From NCBI GenBank assembly GCA_965222225.1, contig CBDCTK010000002.1:3776001-3840000 (forward strand): a stretch of 64,000 bases of DNA, read 5' to 3'. Origin of the DNA: Candidatus Poribacteria bacterium (lineage in GTDB: Bacteria > Poribacteria > WGA-4E > JAJDTR01). Below the pieces are notes generated by a model, which ran no database searches, was not told where the DNA came from, and saw nothing but the letters and a program-made list of their open reading frames with translations. The position numbers were made by a program, and so were the translations under genes. Below are positions 8,921-18,402 of this stretch, in pieces (the first letter of the stretch is position 1; each line of letters opens with the position of its first letter).

Positions 8921-10186
8921 GTGTTGGACGCGATACAGCAAATTATTGCGAGTTTTTCACGAGTATCCTCCCAAGCCGCGGGAAACTGGGCGGAGGAATT
9001 TGCCCGGAACCGATTGATTCCGCTTTTGGAACATCTCCCGTTTGTTCCGGCGGGGGTCGCCGAACACTTTCCGGTTTCGCTGGGCACGATTCTCGTGATG
9101 TTTGGAGCCTGCGCCGTTTTTGCCGCCATTGTGCCGCTTATCCCGCTAGTTCTGGTATTGGCGGAGCGCAAGGTTTCCGCCCAAATTCAGAACCGGACAG
9201 GTCCCATGCGCGTAGGCCCGTGGGGAACCCTTCAAACGCTGGCGGACGGGGTTAAGTTGATTTTTAAGGAGGATTTCGTCCCGCCTCAGGGCGACAAACT
9301 ACTTTTTGTCCTCGCGCCGTACATCATCTTCGCGTGTTCGTTCGCCGCGTTCGCCGCCATCCCGTTTGGCCAGGGAATCCTAATCAGCGACCTGAATATC
9401 GGCATCTTCTATATTATGGCGATTTCCTCCGTGGTTGTGATGGGCGTCATTATGGCGGGCTGGTCGTCCAACAGCAAATGGTCGCTTTTGGGCGCGCTCC
9501 GATCCGCCGCGCAAATCGTGAGCTACGAAATCCCGCTGGGGCTTTCCATTCTGGTTGTTGTGATGCTGGTTCAGAGCCTGAGAATGCAGGACATCGTCGC
9601 CAGTCAATCCGACGGACTGTTTAGCTGGTTGATTTTCCGCACGCCCTTTACGTTTATCGCCTTTTTCGTCTTTTTTATCTCATCAATCGCCGAAGTGAAT
9701 CGCACTCCTTTTGATTTGCCGGAGGCGGAATCGGAGATCGTCGCAGGCTTCCACACCGAATACAGCGGGATGCGGTTCGCGCTTTTCTTCATTGCGGAAT
9801 ACGCAAACATGTTCGCCGTGAGCGCCATTGCGGCAACGTTGTTCCTTGGCGGTTGGGAGGGCATCCTGCCGGGATACGACTTCCTCGGCGGAATGCCGGG
9901 CTTTGTGCTTAAGACGCTGTTCCTGGTTTTCATTATGATGTGGTTGCGGTGGACGCTGCCGAGGCTGAGAGTTGACCAACTGATGAACCTGTGCTGGAAA
10001 TATTTCCTGCCAATCGCATTCTTCAATATTCTGGGAGTCGGGATATGGGGATTGATTTTCCCGGAGGACTCCACGCTAAGCATAATCATCAGCATGGTTC
10101 TCATCCTTGCGGGGATTATCGTCACCTACGCCGTGGCGGGGAAGAGTCTGTCCAAACGCCCCGAACCTCAGCCGAGTTCGGCATAA
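8921..10186 (+). CDS. nuoH: NADH-quinone oxidoreductase subunit H
   Basis: ERKVSAQIQNRTGP, NRTPFDLPEAESEIVAGFHTEYSG, RWTLPRLRVDQLM. The start is uncertain (N-terminal extension). Confidence 0.97.
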   Translation: MLDAIQQIIASFSRVSSQAAGNWAEEFARNRLIPLLEHLPFVPAGVAEHFPVSLGTILVMFGACAVFAAIVPLIPLVLVLAERKVSAQIQNRTGPMRVGPWGTLQTLADGVKLIFKEDFVPPQGDKLLFVLAPYIIFACSFAAFAAIPFGQGILISDLNIGIFYIMAISSVVVMGVIMAGWSSNSKWSLLGALRSAAQIVSYEIPLGLSILVVVMLVQSLRMQDIVASQSDGLFSWLIFRTPFTFIAFFVFFISSIAEVNRTPFDLPEAESEIVAGFHTEYSGMRFALFFIAEYANMFAVSAIAATLFLGGWEGILPGYDFLGGMPGFVLKTLFLVFIMMWLRWTLPRLRVDQLMNLCWKYFLPIAFFNILGVGIWGLIFPEDSTLSIIISMVLILAGIIVTYAVAGKSLSKRPEPQPSSA

Positions 10187-10207
10187 CATAGGGAGGCATG
10201 GTTCACG

Positions 10208-10861
10208 ATGAATAAGTATTTCTTTAATATCTATAGAGCGCTCTATACGGTGCTCATCGGCATGCGCATAACGTTTAAGCAGATGTTCCAGCACGCAGTT
10301 ACGCACCAATATCCCTATGAACATCCGTTCGAGAAAAAGCGAAATGTACGCGAGATTCCCAAGGGCTATCGGGGACAACTGTTCAATCGGATTGAGGACT
10401 GTATCGGTTGCAAGAAGTGCGAAATGATCTGTCCTGTTGACTGCATCGCCATCACGACCCAAAAACTTCCCAAAGGCGAACGGCTTTGGGATAGCATGAA
10501 TGTGCTCCATCTTACGGATCGCACGGAGGTTGTCGGTTTCGTCGAAGGCGAGGAAAAGGTTGCTCCAAACACAACGGTTACCGTTAAAACTCGCGATGGG
10601 GAGACACTGACAATCCCGAGCGACGATATAAATCGTGTCGTCGAACGGAAACCTGTCATCTTCTATCTTGACAAGTTTGACATTGATATGTCGCTCTGCA
10701 TGTACTGCGGGCTTTGTACCGAGGTTTGCCCGACGGAGTGCTTGATAATGATAGATGAGATGAGGGGCATTGCGTATTCAACGTTTGACAGAATGGACTT
10801 GATATTTCCGTTCGCCAAGCCCGATATGTACGATCAAGCGAGTGATCAAGGGAGTGAATAA
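10208..10861 (+). CDS. nuoI: NADH-quinone oxidoreductase subunit I with an internal insertion
   Basis: CIGCKKCEMICP and CMYCGLCTEVCP are the two [4Fe-4S] motifs. The last residues (DQASDQGSE*) are encoded by the repeat module. Confidence 0.93.
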   Translation: MNKYFFNIYRALYTVLIGMRITFKQMFQHAVTHQYPYEHPFEKKRNVREIPKGYRGQLFNRIEDCIGCKKCEMICPVDCIAITTQKLPKGERLWDSMNVLHLTDRTEVVGFVEGEEKVAPNTTVTVKTRDGETLTIPSDDINRVVERKPVIFYLDKFDIDMSLCMYCGLCTEVCPTECLIMIDEMRGIAYSTFDRMDLIFPFAKPDMYDQASDQGSE

Positions 10862-11058
10862 CGACCGCGATAGAACTCCCATAGAGATCCCTCAAGCGAG
10901 TGAATAACGACCGCGATAGCTAATCCCGATAGTAACTCCCTCAAGCTACTGGAAAAGGAGCGATCAACTGAACGGATAGTGAAGGAGCAACTGACCGATA
11001 GGGAAGGCGGTAGAGATCCCATAGAAAGTCTTGATAGTGAATCCTAATAGCAAATCCC
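10832..11058 (+). repeat. Cluster of nested modules overlapping the nuoI stop
   Basis: About 6 left ends and 8 right ends. Clean copy at 10844-10880. Stacked right ends (GTAGAGATCCC-ATAGAAAGTCTT-GATAGTGAATCCT-AATAGCAAATCCC) at 11010-11058. Confidence 0.9.
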
Positions 11059-11127
11059 TCGGGATAAAGTTCCCTTTTCAAGAAAAATCTCGGTTTCGAC
11101 CTACTATTTACCAAACACTTACAGATT

Positions 11128-11655
11128 ATGGATTTCGTCGGCATTAAATCTCTGATATTCTACGCTTTCGCTCTGTTGACGGTCGTATCCGCGCTGCTCG
11201 TGGTAACCGTGCGGAATATCGTTCACGCCGCGTTTTCGTTGATGATTACACTTTTTGGCGTTGCGGGGCTTTATGTGTTTCTACAAGCGGACTTCCTCGC
11301 CGCCACACAGGTGATTGTCTACGTCGGCGGAATTTTGGTGCTCATCCTTTTCGGCGTCATGATGACGAGCGGCCGCCTCCAGATGAGGATTCAAATTGAG
11401 CGGGGACAGTTAATCCTCGGTGGATTGGTCGCGCTCCTGATTCTGCTGCTGCTGCTCGGCGTGATTGCGAACACGCCTCAATGGGACGGGCTTAAAGACG
11501 ACGGGGCAACCTTGGAACCGACAACACGCCATATCGGCGAGATGATTATGCAGGGAGAGTTCCTGCTGCCGTTTGAAGCTGTCTCAATCCTTCTGTTAGT
11601 GGCGCTCATTGGAGCCGCATTGATTTCTCGCAAGGAGGTCAGAGACGAAGAATGA
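11128..11655 (+). CDS. nuoJ: NADH-quinone oxidoreductase subunit J
   Basis: NIVHAAFSL, QVIVYVGGILVLILFGVM, LPFEAVSILLLVALIGA. Confidence 0.96.
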   Translation: MDFVGIKSLIFYAFALLTVVSALLVVTVRNIVHAAFSLMITLFGVAGLYVFLQADFLAATQVIVYVGGILVLILFGVMMTSGRLQMRIQIERGQLILGGLVALLILLLLLGVIANTPQWDGLKDDGATLEPTTRHIGEMIMQGEFLLPFEAVSILLLVALIGAALISRKEVRDEE

Positions 11656-11960
11656 CGCTGCAGCACTATCTGGTTATCAGCGCGGCTCTGTTCGCGCTTG
11701 GCGTATTTGCTGTCTTGACCCGCCGAAACGCCATTAGTATCTTGATGGGGATTGAACTAATCCTGAATTCCTGCAACCTGAACTTCGCGGCGTTTTCACG
11801 CTTTGTAACGCCTGCCGAAGACATCAATGGCCAAATCATCTCCATCTTTGGGATTGTGCTTGCCGCTGCGGAGGCGGCAGTGTTTTTGGCTATTATTTTG
11901 GCGATTTACAGGGAGTTTGGCACCATTCAGCCCAATGAGACGGATACGTTGAAGGGGTAA
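11652..11960 (+). CDS. nuoK: NADH-quinone oxidoreductase subunit K
   Basis: RRNAISILMGIELILN and AAAEAAV. ATGA overlap with nuoJ. Confidence 0.97.
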   Translation: MTLQHYLVISAALFALGVFAVLTRRNAISILMGIELILNSCNLNFAAFSRFVTPAEDINGQIISIFGIVLAAAEAAVFLAIILAIYREFGTIQPNETDTLKG

Positions 11961-11964
11961 TAAG

Positions 11965-12359
11965 ATGTGCCGGATTTTGGTTGACCTCAGGCTGACAAAT
12001 AGTCAAGATATGCTCCGTGCAGAAGATCTGCCTCCTGAGCACATTCGTCAGACAACAGCTCACGCGGGGCGGCGCGACTGGTAATTACCGCCGCAGTGGC
12101 TGAACAGTTGGGGCTGCCCGAAACTGGCGAAGTGGGAATTCGTTATGCGGACGGACGGACGGGAACACGCAAGGTCGTCGAAAATATCCGGGTGGCACTC
12201 CTGGGCAGCGAATTCACGTTTCGCGCTATTGTCGAGCCAGACCGAGACACAGCTCTTATCGGCGCGATTGTCCTTGAAGAACTTGAGTTTGTCGTGGATT
12301 GTGTTTCCCAGAGGTTGTATCCAAGAGATCCAAATCGTATCATCGCGGAGATTGAATAA
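11965..12359 (+). pseudogene. Clan AA (retropepsin-like) aspartic protease, frameshifted, catalytic motif deleted
   Basis: The frame from ATG 11965 reads MCRILVDLRLTNSQDMLRAEDLPPEHIRQTTAHA... and stops at ~12084. A second frame continues GAARLVITAAVAEQLGL...ALIGAIVLEELEFVVD. The expected LVDTGA is missing at the junction (~12067). Confidence 0.7.
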
Positions 12360-12371
12360 GGAAAGGGGCGT

Positions 12372-14588
12372 ATGGTCGTACCTTTAATCAGCATTATTCT
12401 GCTTTGTCCGCTCGCGGCGTTCGCGTTCTTCGCGCTACTATCACTGACCGGTCGAAATTATTCGCGCCAAGATCTCATCTCGACCGCGGCAATGCTTATC
12501 GCCGCAATCTGCTCCTTCCTCCTTCTGCCGCAGATTTCTTCTCGCCCGGAACCCATCTCGCTCACGTGGATTGAAATCGACGAAATCAAACTGTCGATGG
12601 GCTTCTATTTCGACAGCGTGACCGCGATGATGTTGCTCGTCGTCACGATTGTCAGTAGCCTCGTTCATATCTTTTCCATCGGCTACATGCACAGCGATAC
12701 CCGTTACCCCCGGTTCTTTGCCTTCCTCTCGCTGTTCTCCTTTTCAATGTTATTCCTCGTCGTTTCCGACAACCTGTTGGGCATCTATATCGGCTGGGAG
12801 CTTGTCGGATTGTGCTCGTATCTGCTCATCGGGTTCTGGTTTGAGAAGGACTCCGCCGCGAACGCATGCAAGAAGGCGTTCCTGACCACTCGTGTGGGCG
12901 ATGTGGGGATGTTCGTGGGCATGATGATGTTGTTCACGAAATTCCATACGTTCGCACTTTACGGCGATGGCGGCATCTTCGCATTGGTCGCTGGATTAGG
13001 GTCCGGGGACATCGTTTGGTTATCCATAGCGGGCGTTCTCATTTTTTGCGGGGCTATCGGTAAGTCTGCGCAGTTTCCGCTGCACACGTGGTTGCCCGAC
13101 GCCATGGAGGGCCCCACACCCGTCAGCGCGCTCATCCATGCGGCGACGATGGTGGCAGCCGGCGTCTACTTGACGGCGCGGATGTTTCCCATTCTAACGC
13201 CCGATTCCTCTCTCACGATTGCCTACATCGGAGGTATCACGGCAATAGTCGCCGCCACAATCGCCATTGTCCGGTTTGACATCAAGCGGGTGCTCGCCTA
13301 CTCGACAATTAGCCAACTGGGATTTATGATGCTGGGAATCGGCGCCGGGAGTTATGTTGCGGGTCTCTTCCACCTCACGACGCACGCGTTCTTCAAAGCG
13401 CTGCTGTTCCTCGGATCTGGCAGCGTTATCCATGCGTTGGCTGTTCATAACGGCTCTCACGATGACGAGCACGAACATGAATCGGAGCACCATGAAACCG
13501 AACACCATGACCATGGGCAGTTTGACAGTTTCGGTATTCCGGCTGAACAGGATATGCGCCACATGGGCGGGCTTCGGCGCAAGATGCCCATCACCTTCCT
13601 CACGATGCTGATTGCAACCTTGTCAATTTCGGGGGTGCCGTTCGTGTTCTCCGGGTTCTGGAGCAAAGACGCCATCTTGGGTGGTGTTCTGGAAAGGGCG
13701 ATGGGATGGGATTCAGTGCATTATTACATTCTTTTCATAATCGCGCTCGGTGCCGCGGGCATTACCGCCTTCTATATGTTCCGTCTCATCTTCATGACCT
13801 TCTTCGGCAAACCGCGCAACCGGGAGATGTACGACCATGCCCACGAATCGCCGGGCGTCATGGCGGTTCCGTTGATTATCCTGGCGGTTCTCAGTTTTCC
13901 GATTGTCAACACGTGGTCCTCCAATCCGTGGTCTTTTGACAAATATGTGAAGGCGCCGAAACAACCCCACGTGCATGCTCCCTCACATGCGAGCGACGAG
14001 CGTCCGGTCCTATACGCACTGGCAGGTGCTTCCAACGCGTACGCCGACGACGAGGACGCCGGGCATGGCGAACATGGCGCGGCGCACGGGGAACACGCCT
14101 CGGACGACCATCATGCTCACAGCCCCGCTCACAAGATTGCGATGGTTCTCTCCATTATTGTTGCCGGTTGCGGCATTTTGCTATCCTATCTGTTCTATCA
14201 TCTGAGGGTATTCTCCGCGGAAGGCGTGGCATCGCGTTTACGTCCGCTATACAATCTCTTCTGGAACAAATACTACTTCGATGAATTTTATAACGGGGTG
14301 ATTGTCGCATTTTTCGTCGCCTGGGCAGGGGCTCTCAAGGTCTTTGACCTGCGCGTGATTGACGGCATTGTGAATCTGGTTGGATTTGTCACGCGGGCGG
14401 TGGTCGCCGCGTTCACGGGTTGGTTCGATAACAAATTTGTTGATGGGCTTGTCAATTGGGTGGCGCAGATTACGTGGTTATTCGGCGGGAGGGTTAGACG
14501 GCTTCAAACCGGAGCAATCCAGAATTATCTGCTGGTCGTTTTGGGCGGTGTTGTGCTATTGATTTTGATTTTCCGGCGGTTTCTGTAG
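12372..14588 (+). CDS. nuoL: NADH-quinone oxidoreductase subunit L
   Basis: GKSAQFPLHTWLPDAMEGPTPVSALIHAATMV, DIKRVLAYSTISQLG, THAFFKALLFL. Two His/acidic loops. Confidence 0.98.
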   Translation: MVVPLISIILLCPLAAFAFFALLSLTGRNYSRQDLISTAAMLIAAICSFLLLPQISSRPEPISLTWIEIDEIKLSMGFYFDSVTAMMLLVVTIVSSLVHIFSIGYMHSDTRYPRFFAFLSLFSFSMLFLVVSDNLLGIYIGWELVGLCSYLLIGFWFEKDSAANACKKAFLTTRVGDVGMFVGMMMLFTKFHTFALYGDGGIFALVAGLGSGDIVWLSIAGVLIFCGAIGKSAQFPLHTWLPDAMEGPTPVSALIHAATMVAAGVYLTARMFPILTPDSSLTIAYIGGITAIVAATIAIVRFDIKRVLAYSTISQLGFMMLGIGAGSYVAGLFHLTTHAFFKALLFLGSGSVIHALAVHNGSHDDEHEHESEHHETEHHDHGQFDSFGIPAEQDMRHMGGLRRKMPITFLTMLIATLSISGVPFVFSGFWSKDAILGGVLERAMGWDSVHYYILFIIALGAAGITAFYMFRLIFMTFFGKPRNREMYDHAHESPGVMAVPLIILAVLSFPIVNTWSSNPWSFDKYVKAPKQPHVHAPSHASDERPVLYALAGASNAYADDEDAGHGEHGAAHGEHASDDHHAHSPAHKIAMVLSIIVAGCGILLSYLFYHLRVFSAEGVASRLRPLYNLFWNKYYFDEFYNGVIVAFFVAWAGALKVFDLRVIDGIVNLVGFVTRAVVAAFTGWFDNKFVDGLVNWVAQITWLFGGRVRRLQTGAIQNYLLVVLGGVVLLILIFRRFL

Positions 14589-14717
14589 GTGGGGAATATC
14601 TGGTTTAGAGCCTGTTTGGTCATTTGAAAGGGGCTTTTGTCGCGAGCTGGAGTTCGCTCCTACAAACCAGACACGAAGCAGAGAAGATTTCACCTTCGAT
14701 TTGATTTGATGATCAAG

Positions 14718-14769
14718 GTCGGTCTGGATTGCCAAATCCAGACCGACCGTCGGACTTGGCAATCCGACG
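14718..14769. repeat. Two adjacent inverted palindromes (REPIN-like pair)
   Basis: GTCGGTCTGGATT-GCCA-AATCCAGACCGAC followed by CGTCGGACT-TGGC-AATCCGACG. The same GGATTGCCAAATCC core is at 54151-54164. Confidence 0.6.
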
Positions 14770-14796
14770 GGCGCAGAGATGTGTCGGTCAGACTTA

Positions 14797-15167
14797 GAGC
14801 CTGTTTGAAAATTCATTTCGGGTAGAACTTTTGCCCTGAAACCGATCAAATGAGCGAATAGCGAATGTGATAAATGTGATAGAAATCCCTATTTTCTTGA
14901 AAACTCCGTTTCTTTCTTGCGCAATCCCGTAGGGTGCGATCAAAGGAATGAATAATGACTGCGATAGAGATCCCCTGCGCACCAGCCTTTGTGAGCCCCA
15001 GCGGGGATCAAGCAAGTGGATAACGATCGAGCGACTGAATAAGGAGCGCGATAGAAATCCCGTGCGATTAGGAATCCTATAGGTGTATAGCAGGCGACCA
15101 CAAAAGCATGAAAAAGCCGCGCCCAAGGTGACCGAAATTGCTTTGCCACCTATTTTCAAGCAGGCTC
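14797..15167. mobile_element. MITE / internally deleted IS (IS5-like ends) in the nuoL-nuoM spacer
   Basis: TIRs GAGCCTGTTTGAAAAT (14797-14812) and ATTTTCAAGCAGGCTC (15152-15167) match at 15/16. TTA on both flanks (14794-96, 15168-70). No transposase. A further left-end-like TTAGAGCCTGTTTG is at 14605-14618. Confidence 0.75.
14844..15077 (+). repeat. Module copies inside the MITE
   Basis: One copy at ~14844-14889, one at 14938-14974 inside REP 14929-14983, and a nested pair at 15006-15077. Confidence 0.88.
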
Positions 15168-15244
15168 TTAAGGGAAATGAACTAGACCTGACAAGAGGAT
15201 GTATTTCAATTTTTGCAGTGGTGTAATTGGGAGGTATTTATTAG

Positions 15245-16756
15245 ATGTTATTAACGTTGATGATTTTTGTTCCGCTGATCGGCATGGTTGTCGTGCTATG
15301 TCTACCGAGGAACTCAGAGGAAACAGTTAAACGCACAGCGCTTGTCTTCACGCTAATCCCGCTCATATTGGGAGTGATTCTCCTTGCCGGGTATGATCGG
15401 GAGAGCGTAGCCCCTCAGTACGCCGTTGACGTCGTATGGATTCAGGCGTTCAATATCCACTACCACGTCGGAATTGACGGACTGAGTGTGACGCTGATAC
15501 TGTTGACTGTGCTGTTAGGGCCAATATGCGTGATTGCATCTTGGAGGAATATCGAAAAGGGTATCAAAGCCTATATGGCATTGTTCCTGCTGCTAGAGAC
15601 GGGAATGATTGGATTCTTCGCGGCGCTCGACCTTTTCCTCTTCTACGTCTTCTTCGAACTGACGTTGTTGCCGATGTATTTCCTTATCGGCGTCTGGGGC
15701 GGTCCTCGACGCGAATATGCGGCGATAAAATTCTTCCTGTATACCCTCTTTGGCAGTGTGCTGATGCTTATTGCGATGATCGCTGTTTACCTCAAGGGGG
15801 AGACATTTGACATTCCGACGCTGATTCAGTTGGCTCAGCAAAAGGGACACCTGTTCGCCAACCCCGTGTTTCAGATTTGGGTGTTCCTCGGTTTCTTTAT
15901 CGGATTCGCCGTCAAAGTCCCGATATTTCCCTTCCACACGTGGCTACCGGACGCGCACGTCGAGGCGCCGACAGCCATCAGTGTTATCCTTGCGGCTATT
16001 CTATTGAAGATGGGAACTTACGGGCTTATTCGGGTCAATTTTGCCATGCTGCCAGCAGGGATGGCTTTTTTCACGGACCCAAACGCTGCATTGGCGCTGG
16101 GGCGATCGGCGACATGGGGGTACGGGCTGGCAATCCTCGGTTTTATCAATATCGTTTACGGCTCATTCTGCGCGCTGGCGCAAACCGATTTCAAGAAGCT
16201 CGTCGCGTACTCCAGTATCGGGCACATGGGATTCGTCATATTGGGACTTGCCGCGCGTAACGTGAGCGGTGTGACGGGCGCGATTCTGCAGATGTTCAAC
16301 CACGGCGTGATTAGCGCGATGTTGTTCCTACTCGTCGGCGTCGTCTACGACCGGGCGCATCACCGCGAAATCAACGGGTTCGGCGGGCTTGGAAGCAAAA
16401 TGCCAATCTACACCGGCATCACCACATTGGCGTTCATGGCATCGCTTGGGCTGCCGGGACTGAGCGGATTTGTCGGGGAGGCGTTCGCCCTTTTGGGGGC
16501 ATACAGCAAGTATCAGGTGTTGACAATCCTTTCGACAATCGGTATTGTCGTTGGCGCCGCCTATTTCCTCTGGACTCTGCAGCGGGTGTTTCTCGGTAAG
16601 TTAAACCCGAAGTATGAGGGTATTTCCGAAATAAACGGGCGAGAAATCCTGACGCTCGTACCGCTGGGTATTCTCACCATTGTTTTTGGTGTTTGCCCGT
16701 CTCTTCTAATTAACATGTTCAGTCAGGCGGTAAGCATGTTACCGCTCGTGCCGTAG
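15245..16756 (+). CDS. nuoM: NADH-quinone oxidoreductase subunit M
   Basis: AAIKFFLYT, KVPIFPFHTWLPDAHVEAPT, DFKKLVAYSSIGHMG. Confidence 0.98.
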   Translation: MLLTLMIFVPLIGMVVVLCLPRNSEETVKRTALVFTLIPLILGVILLAGYDRESVAPQYAVDVVWIQAFNIHYHVGIDGLSVTLILLTVLLGPICVIASWRNIEKGIKAYMALFLLLETGMIGFFAALDLFLFYVFFELTLLPMYFLIGVWGGPRREYAAIKFFLYTLFGSVLMLIAMIAVYLKGETFDIPTLIQLAQQKGHLFANPVFQIWVFLGFFIGFAVKVPIFPFHTWLPDAHVEAPTAISVILAAILLKMGTYGLIRVNFAMLPAGMAFFTDPNAALALGRSATWGYGLAILGFINIVYGSFCALAQTDFKKLVAYSSIGHMGFVILGLAARNVSGVTGAILQMFNHGVISAMLFLLVGVVYDRAHHREINGFGGLGSKMPIYTGITTLAFMASLGLPGLSGFVGEAFALLGAYSKYQVLTILSTIGIVVGAAYFLWTLQRVFLGKLNPKYEGISEINGREILTLVPLGILTIVFGVCPSLLINMFSQAVSMLPLVP

Positions 16757-16769
16757 CGGGGAGGTTGAC

Positions 16770-18239
16770 GTGTCGCCGTTGACAAATATCCAAAGCATTC
16801 CCTACTTTATTCCCGAACTGATTCTCGTGGTTTTTGCGGTGAGCGCCATTTTGCTCGATCTGGTGAATAAGGGCAAGAACACCGAGCGGGTCGCTTATCT
16901 TGCGCTTATCGGCGTGGCGGCGACGCTGGTTGCGGTCATTGCCGTCGGATCGTCGGAACACCGGCTCTTCCTCGGCATGATTCGGCTCGACAGTTTCGCG
17001 GTGTTCTTCAAGACCCTCATCTTGACAGCCACGGCGGTGACGATTGTGTTCTCCATCAAGTCGGAGGAACTTGACGCGCGAATGAAAGGGGAATACTACG
17101 CGCTCCTGATTGCCGTGACATTCGGGATGTTCCTCATGGTGTCGTCAACGAATCTGTTGATGATTTTTATCTCGCTAGAGACGGTGAGTCTGACCTCCTA
17201 CATCTTGGCGGGATTCTTGACACATAACCCGCGCTCAAGCGAAGCGGCGTTCAAGTATATCACCTTTGGGGCAGTGGCATCGGGGACAATGCTGTTCGGT
17301 TTTTCACTTCTGTTCGGGTTGACGGGCACGGGGGATGTGGTGCAGATTAGCAGCCGACTAACGGAGATGTTTAGCGCGGGCGAAGTTTATCCGCTTGTCG
17401 TATTGGTAATTATCACGTTTATCCTTGCGGGCGTCGGCTACAAGATGGCGTCGGTGCCGTTCCACATGTGGTCGCCCGATGTTTACGAAGGCGCGCCGAT
17501 TCCTATCACCGCGTTCCTATCGGTGGCGTCGAAAGCCGCCGGGTTCGCGCTGTTCATTCGGCTTTTCTATTCGACGTTCCGAGAGTCAAATATCGTCGGG
17601 GCTGTCGATTGGTCGCTTATGCTGGCGATTGTCTCCGCACTGACGATGACTGTGGGTAATCTTGCCGCACTGCCGCAGCAGAACGTCAAGAGGCTGCTCG
17701 CGTATTCAAGCATAGCGCACGGCGGATACCTACTCATGGGCGCAGTTTTGCTCACGCCCGAAGGCCTCCAAGCCATTCTCTTTTACCTGATTGTCTATCT
17801 GTTTATGAACTTGGGGGCATTCTTTGTCGTTATCCTGGTCGCGAACGAGCTGGGGAGTGAAACGATTGACGGTTACCGGAATCTCAAATCCCGTGCGCCG
17901 TTCGTGGCGGTAGCAATGGCAATCTTTCTATTCTCGCTGACCGGCCTCCCTCCCTTTGCCGGATTTTTCGGCAAATGGCTGCTTTTTTCGGCAGTCATCA
18001 AACAAGAACTTTACTGGCTGGCGGTTATCGGCTTGCTGAACTCGGTTGTCTCGCTTTACTACTACGCACGAATCGTGAAGGCGATGTTTCTGGAGTCCTC
18101 CGATGAGACGGAGACGATTTCTTTTTCGCGCGGCAATCTTGCGCTGCTGATTGTGTTCGTTGTGCCGACGCTGGTTATCGGTTTCTGGAACACCGTTTAT
18201 GAGGTGTCAAGAGCTTCGCTTGGGAGGATTGTTGGTTAG
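16770..18239 (+). CDS. nuoN: NADH-quinone oxidoreductase subunit N
   Basis: SEAAFKY, PFHMWSPDVYEGAP, KRLLAYSSIAHGGY, GLPPFAGFFGKW. Confidence 0.98.
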   Translation: MSPLTNIQSIPYFIPELILVVFAVSAILLDLVNKGKNTERVAYLALIGVAATLVAVIAVGSSEHRLFLGMIRLDSFAVFFKTLILTATAVTIVFSIKSEELDARMKGEYYALLIAVTFGMFLMVSSTNLLMIFISLETVSLTSYILAGFLTHNPRSSEAAFKYITFGAVASGTMLFGFSLLFGLTGTGDVVQISSRLTEMFSAGEVYPLVVLVIITFILAGVGYKMASVPFHMWSPDVYEGAPIPITAFLSVASKAAGFALFIRLFYSTFRESNIVGAVDWSLMLAIVSALTMTVGNLAALPQQNVKRLLAYSSIAHGGYLLMGAVLLTPEGLQAILFYLIVYLFMNLGAFFVVILVANELGSETIDGYRNLKSRAPFVAVAMAIFLFSLTGLPPFAGFFGKWLLFSAVIKQELYWLAVIGLLNSVVSLYYYARIVKAMFLESSDETETISFSRGNLALLIVFVVPTLVIGFWNTVYEVSRASLGRIVG

Positions 18240-18278
18240 AAGCTGGCGGGGTGTATGGTTGTGATAAGGCAATATCCG

Positions 18279-18305
18279 AAAGCGAGCGCATGCGCTCGCT
18301 TTTTT
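18279..18305 (+). terminator. Probable intrinsic terminator of the nuo operon
   Basis: Perfect palindrome AAAGCGAGCGCATGCGCTCGCTTT followed by a T-run, 40 nt after nuoN. Confidence 0.8.
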
Positions 18306-18402
18306 CTTTGCTGCAAGATATTCTGTAAATCTCATCCCAAGAACGGATCCGGAATTCACTGTGTTATCTGATTAAACGAGCTAGAAAAAAGAGGATATAC
18401 TC

